A DNA stretch of 64,000 bases from an uncultured Verrucomicrobia subdivision 3 bacterium (GTDB lineage: Bacteria; Verrucomicrobiota; Verrucomicrobiia; Limisphaerales; UBA11358): contig CAIPKV010000025.1 of the NCBI GenBank assembly GCA_903865745.1, forward strand, positions 1,907 to 65,906, in the 5' to 3' direction. A program made the position numbers and the translations under genes. This document shows positions 1 to 9,217 of the stretch, piece after piece. The notes under the pieces were generated by a model. That model saw only the letters and a list, made by a program, of their open reading frames with translations, searched no databases and was not told the DNA's origin. Every line of letters begins with the position of its first letter. The stretch's first letter is position 1.

Positions 1-1
1 T

Positions 2-1357
2 TATCGCGAAGGCCTGAAGTTCGTCACCGCCGGTGCGAACCCGATCGGCATCCAACGCGGCATCAACAAGGCCGTGGAAGCCGCCGTGGCGAGCCTCGAC
101 AAGATCTCCAAGAAGGTCAAGGACAAGGAAGAAATCAAGCAGGTCGCGGCCGTGTCCGCGAACTGGGATTTCGACATTGCCGACAAGATTGCCGACGCGA
201 TGGACAAGGTGGGCAAGGACGGCACGATCACGGTCGAAGAAGCGAAGTCCATAGAGACGACGCTCGACGTGGTTGAAGGCATGCAGTTCGACAAGGGCTA
301 TCTCTCGCCGTACTTCGTCACGAACGCGGAGACGATGGAAGCGAAGCTCGAAGATCCGTACATCCTGATTTTCGAAAAGAAGATCAGCAACTTGAAAGAC
401 TTGCTGCCGTTGCTTGAAAAAGCCGCGCGCACCGGCAAGCCGTTCTTGATCATCGCCGAAGAAGTCGAAGGCGAAGCGCTCGCAACCCTCGTCGTGAACA
501 AGCTCCGTGGCACGCTCAACGTGGCCGCCGTGAAATCCCCGGGCTTCGGCGACCGCCGCAAAGCCATGTTGGAAGACATCGCCGTGCTCACCGGCGGCAA
601 GTTCATCACCGAAGACCTCGGCATCAAGCTTGAGACGGTGGAACTCGCCGACCTCGGCCGCGCGAAGACGGTCATCATTGACAAGGAAAACACCACTATT
701 GTTGAAGGTGCCGGCAAGAACAGCGACATCCAGGGCCGCGTGAACCAGATCCGCCGCCAGATCGAAGAAACCACGAGCGATTACGACCGTGAAAAATTAC
801 AGGAACGCCTGGCGAAACTCGCCGGCGGTGTGGCCGTTATCAACGTCGGTGCCACCACCGAAAGCGAGATGAAGGAAAAGAAGGCGCGCGTGGAAGACGC
901 GTTGCATGCGACCCGCGCGGCCGTCGAAGAAGGCATCGTGGCGGGCGGCGGTGTGGCGCTCATTCGCACCATCCCGGCAATTGATGCCGTGAAGGGTGCC
1001 AATGAAGACGAAAACATCGGCATCGGCATCATCAAACGCGCCGTGGAAGCTCCGCTCCGCGCCTTGGCCGCGAACGCTGGCGAAGAAGGTAGCGTCATCG
1101 TGGACAAGGTCAAGAAAGCCAAGGGCAACGAAGGTTACAACGTCGCCACCGGCGCTTACGAAGACCTCGTTAAAGCTGGCATCGTTGACCCGAAGAAGGT
1201 CACGCGCAGTGCACTGCAAAACGCAGCGAGCATCGCCGGCCTGTTGCTGACCACCGAAGCCATCATCACCGACCTGCCGGAAAAAGATAAACCGGCCCCC
1301 GGCGGTGGCGGTCATGGCGGCGGCATGGGCGATATGGGCGGCATGGGTGGCTACTAA
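2..1357 (+). CDS. groEL: Chaperonin GroEL, 5' end cut by window edge
   Basis: The frame is open from base 2 ([25 protein letters not shown]...). It has GroEL-like sequence throughout and a GGM-rich C-terminal tail ([18 protein letters not shown]). Stop is TAA at 1355-1357. Confidence 0.97.
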   Translation, partial: YREGLKFVTAGANPIGIQRGINKAVEAAVASLDKISKKVKDKEEIKQVAAVSANWDFDIADKIADAMDKVGKDGTITVEEAKSIETTLDVVEGMQFDKGYLSPYFVTNAETMEAKLEDPYILIFEKKISNLKDLLPLLEKAARTGKPFLIIAEEVEGEALATLVVNKLRGTLNVAAVKSPGFGDRRKAMLEDIAVLTGGKFITEDLGIKLETVELADLGRAKTVIIDKENTTIVEGAGKNSDIQGRVNQIRRQIEETTSDYDREKLQERLAKLAGGVAVINVGATTESEMKEKKARVEDALHATRAAVEEGIVAGGGVALIRTIPAIDAVKGANEDENIGIGIIKRAVEAPLRALAANAGEEGSVIVDKVKKAKGNEGYNVATGAYEDLVKAGIVDPKKVTRSALQNAASIAGLLLTTEAIITDLPEKDKPAPGGGGHGGGMGDMGGMGGY

Positions 1358-1409
1358 GATCCTGACGGACCGCCACTACGGCTAAAATTAGAGGAACCGA
1401 GAAATCCAG

Positions 1410-1444
1410 CGCGGTCGGAAGCAATTCCGGCCGCGTTTTTATTT
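1410..1444 (+). terminator. Rho-independent terminator after groEL
   Basis: A 9-bp GC-rich stem (cgcggtcgg / ccggccgcg, one G-U pair) with an 8-nt loop, followed by TTTTTATTT. Confidence 0.6.
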
Positions 1445-1572
1445 ACCATAAATGAGCCAAGCATCAGAAGATAGAGTAGAATTATATCTGTTTACTGGAT
1501 GGTATTGGGGCGATTCTTGATTTGACCGAACTGGTTAATTAGGGGAATATAGATTTGCCGAAATTTTTGGAT

Positions 1573-1925
1573 GGGGGCGTACTGGTTTCGACCATGTGAA
1601 CACGCCAGAGGCGGCATGCCGAGGACGATGCGTTGGCCTCGTAAATAATCGCATCAAAACTAAAAAGCTAACGAAGAACTAGCCCTCGCGGCCTAAGCGC
1701 CACGACGTTTGTCATTGGACACCTGCTACGGTGAACGAACGAAACAGCAGGCATGGTTGACGGCGGAGACCGCGCGTTGTCAGCCGAGATCTTATCATGC
1801 GGACTAGGCAGTGCGACTCGAGCTCCGGCGCCATCGCATAGCAGAAAATATTACCGGGGATAAGCATGTAGTCGCGGCTGGTAGGTTGACTTGGGACGCG
1901 GGTTCAATTCCCGCCGCCTCCACCA
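1573..1925 (+). ncRNA. ssrA: tmRNA (SsrA), tag reading frame ANEELALAA-stop at 1667-1696
   Basis: The 5' GGGGGCG pairs with the 3' CGCCUCC (G3-U pair), followed by an encoded ACCA. A T-arm-like GGGTTCAATTCCC lies near the 3' end. The internal frame GCT AAC GAA GAA CTA GCC CTC GCG GCC TAA ends in the canonical ALAA-type degradation tag. Confidence 0.9.
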
Positions 1926-2030
1926 TCTCAAACATCGGAGGGCATTACTTCTGAGGAATTTATTGGCTTGGTATTCAGGACTGGCACGCTGTCAAAATAA
2001 GATGGATTTACGACGGGGTTTTGCGAAAAT

Positions 2031-2522
2031 TTGAGCTCAATGAAGCCGATTGTCAAATTGTTACTCGAAGGCGGCAGTCTAAATACCGCGCAAATGGCGC
2101 AAGTGCTCAAGCTGTCCGAGGCTGACGTGAAACTTCAGCTCGATGAGTTGAAGGAGCAGCGCGTGCTGCTCGGATTCCGGCCGGTGTTGAACCTCACCCA
2201 CGAAGATTCGGGGGTTGTCCGCGCCGTTATTGAGGTGCGCATCACACCCGAACGCGGCGGAGGTTTCAACCGGCTTGCCGAACGGATCAGCCGATTCGAC
2301 GAAGTCGAGTCATGCTACCTGATGTCCGGCGGCTACGATTTACTGGTGTTGGTTAACGGAGCAAGTCTGCAAAAAGTCGCTGCGTTCGTGTCCGAAAAAC
2401 TTTCCACTATTGAGGGCGTGCTCTCGACCGCCACGCATTTCATGCTTCGTTCCTATAAGGAAAACGGCTTCCTACTCGAGGGCAAGTCTGAGGAAAATGA
2501 GCGGCTTAAGGTTGCACCCTGA
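2031..2522 (+). CDS. Lrp/AsnC family transcriptional regulator
   Basis: N-terminal HTH (LNTAQMAQVLKLSEADVKLQLDELKEQRVL) plus a C-terminal RAM/AsnC-type ligand domain. The ORF start is TTG at 2031, and ATG at 2040 is an equally plausible start. It sits directly upstream of an aminotransferase, which is a common arrangement. Confidence 0.85.
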   Translation: MSSMKPIVKLLLEGGSLNTAQMAQVLKLSEADVKLQLDELKEQRVLLGFRPVLNLTHEDSGVVRAVIEVRITPERGGGFNRLAERISRFDEVESCYLMSGGYDLLVLVNGASLQKVAAFVSEKLSTIEGVLSTATHFMLRSYKENGFLLEGKSEENERLKVAP

Positions 2523-2534
2523 TTCCATTTCAAG

Positions 2535-3710
2535 ATGGACTCCTCTAGCTACATCGCCAAGCACGTCGTCAATTTGCCCAAGTCAGGTATCCGCGACTTT
2601 TTTGAAGTCGTTGCGAAGATGAAGGACGTGATCTCTCTCGGCATTGGCGAACCGGATTTCGATACGCCTTGGCACATCCGCGAGGCCGCAATTTACGCGC
2701 TGGAAAAAGGTAAGACACATTACACCTCGAACCTCGGCCTGATCGAGTTGCGCCGCGCCATCAGCAAATACGTCGAGAAGAATTTCTCCATCAGCTACCG
2801 GCCTGAAGACGAAATTCTCGTAACCGTCGGCGTGAGCGAGGCTCTGGACATCGCGTTCCGCGCGCTGGTGAATCCAGGCGATAAGGTGATGTTTCACCAA
2901 CCTTGCTACGTCAGCTATTCGCCGAGCATTACCCTCGTCCACGGGACGGCGATTCCGGTACCGACTTTCGCTAAAGATAATTTTGCACTGACTGCCGAAG
3001 CCTTGCGTGCCGCGTGGCAGCCGGGCGCAAAGCTGCTTGTACTAAACTTGCCGTGCAATCCAACCGGCGGCACCTGTGACCGCGCGCAAATCGAGGCCAT
3101 CGCAAAATTTGCCATTGAAAAAAATTTACTCGTGCTGAGCGACGAAATTTATTCCGAGCTGACCTTCGAAGGCACTCATACCAGCATCGCCAGTTTGCCG
3201 GGCATGCAGGAGCGCACGATTTATCTGCACGGTTTCTCCAAGGCATTTGCCATGACTGGCTGGCGCATTGGCTACGCCTGCGGCCCAGCGGCGCTGATTG
3301 AGGCGATGATGAAGGTGCACCAATACTCGATGATGTGCGCTTCAATTTTGAGCCAGGAAGCTGCCATAGAAGCACTCTTGCGCGGTGAAGATGGGATGAA
3401 ATCCATGCGCGACCAGTATCATCGCCGCCGGGATTTCATTGTGCGCCGGTTCAATGAAATAGGGTTAAAATGCCACCTGCCGCGCGGCTCGTTCTACGCT
3501 TTCCCGGATATATCCGTGACCGGATTAAATGAAAAAGATTTTGCCGTCAGCCTCTTGCAAACGGAAAAAGTAGCGATGGTTCCGGGCACAGCATTTGGGG
3601 CGAATGGCTCAGGTTTCTGCCGTGCGTGTTTCGCAACGAGTTACGAACAACTTATCGAAGCGAGCAATCGCATTGAGCGGCACGTCCAGTCGCTGGCAAA
3701 GAAAAGGTAG
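2535..3710 (+). CDS. Pyridoxal-phosphate-dependent aminotransferase, class I/II (aspartate/aromatic type)
   Basis: 391 aa with the PLP-lysine motif context SKAFAMTGWRIGY and an NPTG motif (LPCNPTGG). Confidence 0.9.
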   Translation: MDSSSYIAKHVVNLPKSGIRDFFEVVAKMKDVISLGIGEPDFDTPWHIREAAIYALEKGKTHYTSNLGLIELRRAISKYVEKNFSISYRPEDEILVTVGVSEALDIAFRALVNPGDKVMFHQPCYVSYSPSITLVHGTAIPVPTFAKDNFALTAEALRAAWQPGAKLLVLNLPCNPTGGTCDRAQIEAIAKFAIEKNLLVLSDEIYSELTFEGTHTSIASLPGMQERTIYLHGFSKAFAMTGWRIGYACGPAALIEAMMKVHQYSMMCASILSQEAAIEALLRGEDGMKSMRDQYHRRRDFIVRRFNEIGLKCHLPRGSFYAFPDISVTGLNEKDFAVSLLQTEKVAMVPGTAFGANGSGFCRACFATSYEQLIEASNRIERHVQSLAKKR

Positions 3711-3946
3711 TTCCCAACTACGTACCGCCTCGGATTTGATTTGGACTGGCCAAAGTCTCCTAGCCAGAATCAAGGTCGTTAATAATCTGCCTTTGACCAG
3801 CCCGTAAACCGCCGATTTGCACTTGAATTATTTTTTGTTATTACTGCAGACGCTCGTCGGCGCCTGTGAGCGTAATTTCCTCATTCGGCATTGATGCATC
3901 TTGATATTTGGCGAATTCAACGTAGTTTTTGGTACTCGTAGTTTTG

Positions 3947-5476
3947 ATGAAACCTGAAGTCGTATTTGGTCTGGAGAACGCGGTGTGGCCAGCGGTGCTG
4001 GTCAACACCGGAGGCACCGTTTCCATGACTAATGCGGCGGCGAAAAATACGTTCGGACCCACCCTGGCTGGCGACACCGCCAACCTAGCGGCGATATGGG
4101 CACCAGAAAACGGCGGCTCGGCCGCAGATTTTCTCGCGCGCTGTGAACAATCACCAGCAGCCAGCGGCGTATTGAAGTTTCGGACAGCAGCGGGCGTGGC
4201 GACATCATTTCTAACCACGGTCTGCCAGTTCAATCACGACGGGAAAAAATATTTAGTCCTGCAGCTATTACCGACTGACTCAACCACGTTGCCAGCGGCA
4301 AAACCGTCAACGGAAGCACAAGCCCTGGCGCCGGGCGACGCCGCACTAAAGCAAAAGCTGGACTGCGTGCTGCAATTGGCGCGCACCGTCTCCCTGGATT
4401 TCAACAACGCGTTGACCGGCGTGTTGGCGCACACGTCACTCTTGCTCTCAAAAGCGGAACCGGAACATCCTTGGCGTCGCTCGTTGCTCGAAGTGGAAAA
4501 ATCAGCGCAGCGTGCGGCGGAAATCGCGGGGGAGCTGGCGCAGTTTAGTCGGCAAGAAAAGGAAACCCGCCGCGCGCCCGCGGGCAACCTGAACGCGGTA
4601 GTCGGTCGGTGTGTGGAATTTTTCCAAAACGCCCATGGCGCGCGCTTCAACTGGAAGCTGACGCCGGAACGCTCTCTCTTTGCGGCGCGCTTTGATGAGG
4701 CCAAGGTGCAACAGGCTGTTACCAAAGTTATGGAGAACGCGGTCGAGGCGTTCGGCGTTAGCGGCACCGGCCAGATCACGGTCCAAACGCGTAACGTCGA
4801 GCTGACCGAGCCCACGCAGGATCGCAATGTTCGACTCGCGGCTGGAACCTACGCCTGTGTGGAAATATCCGACAGCGGCTCCGGTATCGACGAAGAATCC
4901 TTGCCGCGAATTTTTGAACCATTTTTCACGACGAAGCGTCCGCCGCACCGCGGGCTGGGGCTTGCGCTCGTTTACGGCATCATCACAAACCACGGCGGCG
5001 GCGTCGCCATCTCCAGTTCGTTAGGCGTAGGCACCTCGGCGCGAATTTATCTCCCGGCCGACAAGACCCTTGTGCGCGAGGTCATCAGTGTCGATAAAGA
5101 ACTGCGCGGCACAGGCACGGTGCTCGTAGTCGATGACGAGAGTCTGGTCCTGACCATGGCTGAAACGATTTTGTCCGATTTCGGTTACAAAGTTTTAACC
5201 GCGACCAACGGGCAGAAGGCGCTTGGCGTGCTCAGCCAGCCGGGCATTGAAGTCGACCTGGTCATCACAGATTTGGTCATGCCAGGCATGGGCGGCCGCG
5301 AGTTGATGGACCGCATCCGCCAGCTTTATCCTGATATGCCCGTGATGCCGACGAGCGGTTACGTCATGGCGGAGGATAAGAAAAGCGGCGTGGGCTACCT
5401 GCAAAAGCCTTTCACCAGCTCCGAACTACTGCTGAAGGTCAAGGCGGCCCTCGCAGCGGTGAAGGCCGTTGACTAA
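3947..5476 (+). CDS. Hybrid sensor histidine kinase with C-terminal receiver domain
   Basis: HisKA H-box region (FNNALTGVLAHTSLLL), HATPase G-boxes (DSGSGIDEE, GLGLALVYG), then a REC domain (VLVVDDE...DLVITDLVMPGMGG). ATG at 3947 is preferred over the TTG at 3929 used by the ORF track. Confidence 0.85.
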   Translation: MKPEVVFGLENAVWPAVLVNTGGTVSMTNAAAKNTFGPTLAGDTANLAAIWAPENGGSAADFLARCEQSPAASGVLKFRTAAGVATSFLTTVCQFNHDGKKYLVLQLLPTDSTTLPAAKPSTEAQALAPGDAALKQKLDCVLQLARTVSLDFNNALTGVLAHTSLLLSKAEPEHPWRRSLLEVEKSAQRAAEIAGELAQFSRQEKETRRAPAGNLNAVVGRCVEFFQNAHGARFNWKLTPERSLFAARFDEAKVQQAVTKVMENAVEAFGVSGTGQITVQTRNVELTEPTQDRNVRLAAGTYACVEISDSGSGIDEESLPRIFEPFFTTKRPPHRGLGLALVYGIITNHGGGVAISSSLGVGTSARIYLPADKTLVREVISVDKELRGTGTVLVVDDESLVLTMAETILSDFGYKVLTATNGQKALGVLSQPGIEVDLVITDLVMPGMGGRELMDRIRQLYPDMPVMPTSGYVMAEDKKSGVGYLQKPFTSSELLLKVKAALAAVKAVD

Positions 5477-5502
5477 TTTTTTGGTTCTGTTTAATTTTTC
5501 TT

Positions 5503-6384
5503 ATGCAAATCGAAAGCTTAAAGGTCTTCTGCGACTTGGCTGAATCCCAGAGCTTCACCAAAGCGGCGCGCATCAACCAAGTCACCCAGTCCGCCGTCAG
5601 CCAGAATATCACCACCCTCGAGCGCATCTTCAAGTCACTGCTCGTCGAGCGCAGCAAGAAAAAATTCCGGCTCACCCGCGAAGGCCAGGTGCTTTACGAT
5701 TACAGCAAGCAAATCATCCAGAACTACGAATCGCTGCATAATAAAATGCAGGACTTGAAGGATATCATTTCCGGGACCATCCGCGTCTCGACGATTTATT
5801 CTATCGGCCTCCATGACCTCCCGCCGTACGTAAAGAAGTTCATGAAGAGCTACCCAACCGTAGCCGTCCATGTCGACTACCGCCGCGCCAACCAGGTTTA
5901 TGAAGATGTGTCCAGCAACATGGTAGACATGGGCCTCGTTGCCTATCCACAGCGCGACTCCAAACTGGAAATCCTCCCGCTGCGCAAAGAACCGCTCGTC
6001 TTAATCTGCCATCCGCAACATCCGCTGGCGAAGCAGAAATCCATCAAACTTCAGGCGCTCGCCGAACACAAAGTCATCGGCTTCGAACCCGACATCCCCA
6101 CACGTAAGGCCTTGGACAAAATCCTGCGTGAATACGGCGTCGACATCAAACACGTGATGGAATTTGACAATGTCGAAACCGTCAAACGCGCCGTGGAGAT
6201 TGATGCGGGCGTCTCGATTGTTCCGGTGGGTACCGTCACGCAGGAAATCGCCAAGAACACGCTCGCCACCGTGGAGATTGAGGACGGCGAGTTTTACCGT
6301 CCGCTCGCTGCCATCTATAAGCGGAACAAGGTGCTGTCGCCCGCGCTGAAGCAGTTCCTGACCATCCTCAAAGACACGCCCTGA
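5503..6384 (+). CDS. LysR family transcriptional regulator
   Basis: N-terminal LysR HTH (MQIESLKVFCDLAESQSFTKAARINQVTQSAVSQNI) plus a substrate-binding domain. Length is 293 aa. Confidence 0.9.
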   Translation: MQIESLKVFCDLAESQSFTKAARINQVTQSAVSQNITTLERIFKSLLVERSKKKFRLTREGQVLYDYSKQIIQNYESLHNKMQDLKDIISGTIRVSTIYSIGLHDLPPYVKKFMKSYPTVAVHVDYRRANQVYEDVSSNMVDMGLVAYPQRDSKLEILPLRKEPLVLICHPQHPLAKQKSIKLQALAEHKVIGFEPDIPTRKALDKILREYGVDIKHVMEFDNVETVKRAVEIDAGVSIVPVGTVTQEIAKNTLATVEIEDGEFYRPLAAIYKRNKVLSPALKQFLTILKDTP

Positions 6385-6425
6385 AAATCATTTCCGATGC
6401 GCCCGACCTACGGCCAAGCCTACCG

Positions 6426-6460
6426 ACGGGCGGCACCTAAAATGCCGCCCGTTGTTTCAT
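6426..6460. terminator. Hairpin terminator between convergent LysR and aminopeptidase genes
   Basis: Perfect 10-bp stem acgggcggca / tgccgcccgt with a 7-nt loop, followed by TGTTTCATTT. Confidence 0.5.
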
Positions 6461-7566
6461 TTCAGGTTAGCGGGATTTAACGCCTTCAATTCCGGCAGCA
6501 CAAATAAGCCGTCCTTGCGAATCAGCTTCCCGTCGAACCAGATTTCGCCGCCGCCCCATTCCGGACGCTGAATTAGCACCATGTCCCAGTGGACCGCGCT
6601 CTGATTGCCGTTACCACAGTCCTCGTAAGCATTCCCCGGCGTGAAGTGCAGCGAACCGGCGATCTTCTCATCGAACAAGATATCGCAGAGCGGATTCTGT
6701 ATGTAGGGATTAAAACCAATGGCAAATTCCCCGATAAACCGCGCGCCCGCATCCGTATCCAGGATTTCGTTCAACCGTTTGTTATTGTTCGCCGTGGCGT
6801 TCACCACTTTGCCGTGCTTCAACTCCAGGCGCACATTTTCAAACTTCGTGCCCGAGTACAGCGTCGGCGTATTGAATTGGATGACCCCATTGGCCGACGT
6901 CTTGGTCGGGCAGGAAAAAACTTCGCCGTCCGGAATGTTCCGGGTGCCCTCGCATTTTTTCGCGCCAATGCCCTTGATACTAAACGTCAAATCCGTGCCC
7001 GGCCCCTTGAGGTGGACGCGGTCGGTGCGCTTCATCAATTTTTCCAGCGGCACCATGGCCTTCGCCATCTTGGCGTAATTCATGGTGCACACATCGAAGT
7101 ACAAATTCTCAAATGCCTCCGTACTCATGCCTGCCGATTGCGCCATGCTGGGCGTAGGCCAGCGCAGCACGACCCAGCGCGTCTTATTCACGCGATAATC
7201 AAGCACAGGGCGCAGGACCTTGGAATACATTTGCATGAGCCCGCCCGGCACATCCGAAGTTTCGGTGGCGTTGGCGCTGCCGCGCACGGCGACGTAGGCC
7301 GCCATCTTCTTCATGCGAAACATTTCCAGATCGCGCACATCAGCGGCGTGTTGGGGATTTGTGCCGAGCAGCAGCTCGCGGCCCACGCGCGTGTGGCGCG
7401 TTTCCACGAACGGCGTCGCGCCCACGGCGCGCACGGCGCGAATGAGTTCCACGGTGAACTCATCCGGCACATCAATCATGTCCAGCAGAATGCGCTCGCC
7501 CTTTTTGAGCGCCGTCGAATAGTTCACCAGCAGAGCGGCCAGTTTGGAATAACGCGGATCGGTCAT
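6457..7566 (-). CDS. Aminopeptidase, peptidase M29 (AmpS/PepS-like) family
   Basis: 369 aa. The N-terminus [22 protein letters not shown] and the overall pattern are typical of thermophilic-metalloprotease-type M29 aminopeptidases. Confidence 0.8.
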   Translation of the reverse strand: MTDPRYSKLAALLVNYSTALKKGERILLDMIDVPDEFTVELIRAVRAVGATPFVETRHTRVGRELLLGTNPQHAADVRDLEMFRMKKMAAYVAVRGSANATETSDVPGGLMQMYSKVLRPVLDYRVNKTRWVVLRWPTPSMAQSAGMSTEAFENLYFDVCTMNYAKMAKAMVPLEKLMKRTDRVHLKGPGTDLTFSIKGIGAKKCEGTRNIPDGEVFSCPTKTSANGVIQFNTPTLYSGTKFENVRLELKHGKVVNATANNNKRLNEILDTDAGARFIGEFAIGFNPYIQNPLCDILFDEKIAGSLHFTPGNAYEDCGNGNQSAVHWDMVLIQRPEWGGGEIWFDGKLIRKDGLFVLPELKALNPANLK

Positions 7567-7647
7567 AATATGCTAGCAGTTTAAACCAAAAGCAGCAGCG
7601 ACGCCATTCTGTAAATGCGGAAAGGAAAGTCACCCGGTTTCCAGTTG

Positions 7648-7716
7648 GGTGGGGCGAGCGTCCTCGCGAGTCGCTGGTGCCGACGACGCCCGGCTCGCGA
7701 GGACGCTCGCCCCACC
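7648..7716. repeat. REP-like perfect 23-bp inverted repeat
   Basis: ggtggggcgagcgtcctcgcgag (7648-7670) is the exact reverse complement of ctcgcgaggacgctcgccccacc (7694-7716). The spacer is 23 nt. Confidence 0.85.
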
Positions 7717-7880
7717 GACTTTTCGAATCAACAAACCGAGCGGGAAGAAATTGGGCGAGGAGGACATTCACACTGTCGCCCGCAGCGGTATAAACCCCAA
7801 CGAAGCGCCTTATCCAACATTCGCCGCCCGGCTCCGTCGGAACGATGCCCTCTCCATTTATGCGAACTGGCGGCGAAAAG

Positions 7881-8600
7881 TCATTTACCCGTCAGCGGCG
7901 TGGGCACCGGTGTCGGCGGGTCCGGGACGACCGGGTTCGGCGTATGCGGTTGCAATAAACTCTGCTGCATGTACAAGGCCAGTTTTTCCGGCTCACGCGG
8001 AAAGGTTTGCGCCAGTACCAGCAGATTCGCGAACAGCTCCGTCTGCAAAGACGTGCACGCCACATTTTGGGCGTTGATTGTTTGCACCTTGCCGCCCGCG
8101 GCCGCACCGGTGGACTTGAGCACCGCCGCCCAACCCACTTCCAACGCCGTCGTATCCGTCACCAACTGCTGGGCGAGCGGCGGCGAATGCGTCGTGACCC
8201 AATCCACGAGACTACCGAGTTTGCCATCCACTTCATGATCCGTGCAGGTGCTGAAGATACTGCGGCCCTGCGGAAAACACGCGGTGAATGAGGCGGACTT
8301 CTCGCCGTACTGAGCCTCGACCGCCACGGCCACCTTGCCCACGGCCACCGGGAGGGCGGCGCGATAGGCACTCTTCGCCTGTACGGAAGCTTTGCGCACA
8401 CCGAGCTGGGCGTCGTTATCAGAATGCGTATCGCTCACAGCCCCCAGCGCCTGCGTAGTCGGGGCGAGGCGCGGCGTGAGAGCGGGCAAAGGATTAGCGG
8501 ACATGCGCTCAAAATGATCGGCGGTGAAGGCCAGCAGTTCAGCCACGCTGATGTGCGGGTCGTCGAAGGGATTGGTGAGCCAGGTAGATAAGTCTCTCAT
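7881..8600 (-). CDS. Hypothetical protein (239 aa), Pro-rich C-terminal tail
   Basis: It is the longest ORF in this interval and the overlapping ORFs look like GC-shadow frames. I recognise no family. Confidence 0.55.
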   Translation of the reverse strand: MRDLSTWLTNPFDDPHISVAELLAFTADHFERMSANPLPALTPRLAPTTQALGAVSDTHSDNDAQLGVRKASVQAKSAYRAALPVAVGKVAVAVEAQYGEKSASFTACFPQGRSIFSTCTDHEVDGKLGSLVDWVTTHSPPLAQQLVTDTTALEVGWAAVLKSTGAAAGGKVQTINAQNVACTSLQTELFANLLVLAQTFPREPEKLALYMQQSLLQPHTPNPVVPDPPTPVPTPLTGK

Positions 8601-8821
8601 AGCGGTATGTTTGATTCGATGATTTGCTGCGGCCGGTTTGGTCTGAACGATTCCGCTGGCCAGAATTCTGCCACGTTTTAGGAATCATCCCGGCTTGCCG
8701 GTATTATGTTTTTGCTTTCATCTGCCATCATGCACCCGTTTCAGATTCTACCTAACGTTATTTTAACAATTCTTTTGGGCGAAAATGTTTTAGCTCCCCT
8801 GCCCGACCTAAATCGATTTTG

Positions 8822-9026
8822 GCTTAGGATGGTGTCAGCGTAAAAAATCAGGACCAAAGTAAGCATAAGTTGGTCGTAGCGTAGAAAATCATGACCAAAA
8901 CAAGCTTAGGATGGTCCAAGCACAGAAAATCAGGACCAAAGTAAGCGTAATTTGGTCATAGCGTAGAAAATCACGACCAAAACAAGCTTAAGGAGGTCCA
9001 AGCGCAGAAAATCATGACCTTCGGAC
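8822..9026. repeat. Tandem array of 5 x 41-bp units (alternating subtypes give an 82-bp super-period), each with a GGTC...GACC hairpin or palindrome
   Basis: Unit starts (GCTTA/GCATA/GCGTA) are at 8822, 8863, 8904, 8945 and 8986. Units 1, 3 and 5 resemble each other, as do units 2 and 4. The core is TGGTC-N(13-15)-GACCAAA with the constant centre AGAAAATCA. Confidence 0.9.
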
Positions 9027-9070
9027 GCCTAAACCAGTAAATCCTAAAATACCGGGCGGAACCCGAGCTT

Positions 9071-9170
9071 TAGCCACAGATGGGCACAGATGAAACACAG
9101 ATAAATGCCCCAGAACCTGGCGCAAATAGAAATTTCCATCTGAGTTTCATCTGTGTCTATCTGTGGCTTA
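9071..9170. repeat. Large imperfect palindrome built from CACAGAT motifs
   Basis: The left arm tagccacagatgggcacagatgaaacacagat (9071-9102) matches the reverse complement of the right arm (9139-9170) at 28 of 32 positions. CACAGAT recurs at 9075, 9085 and 9096, a spacing of 10-11 bp. Confidence 0.85.
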
Positions 9171-9217
9171 AACTATTGCGGCTTTACTCACCGGCGAACG
9201 CAGTTCATTTTTTCGGT

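Noticed and set aside
1980-2000. Sigma-54 promoter at TGGCAC (about 1984)
   Set aside because: TGGCAC is present, but the required TTGC element five bases downstream is absent (the sequence is gctgtcaaaa).
1926-2030. Genomic island or integrase at the tmRNA 3' end
   Set aside because: tmRNA genes are common integration sites. Here the flank goes straight into an Lrp/AsnC regulator-aminotransferase pair, with no integrase and no direct repeat of the tmRNA 3' end.
6589-7584. 331-aa plus-strand ORF opposite the M29 aminopeptidase
   Set aside because: It is an antisense shadow ORF. The minus-strand product matches a known peptidase family end to end.
7615-8238. Plus-strand ORFs 7615-8238 and 7649-8077 overlapping the REP-like hairpin and the 7881-8600 gene
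   Set aside because: Their N-terminal parts are translated from the inverted repeat (the same peptide-like strings appear on both strands), and the rest is antisense to the longer minus-strand ORF. They show no motifs.
8822-9026. CRISPR interpretation of the tandem arrays (also 20855-21169, 36741-36971, 60225-60602)
   Set aside because: The units are contiguous with no unique spacers, the periods (21 or 41 bp) are too short, and no cas genes are in the window.
9080-9217. N-terminal 46-aa extension of the O-antigen ligase ORF (MGTDETQINAPE...ICVYLWLK...)
   Set aside because: The extension is encoded entirely by the CACAGAT palindrome. The in-frame ATG at 9218 gives a normal membrane-protein N-terminus.
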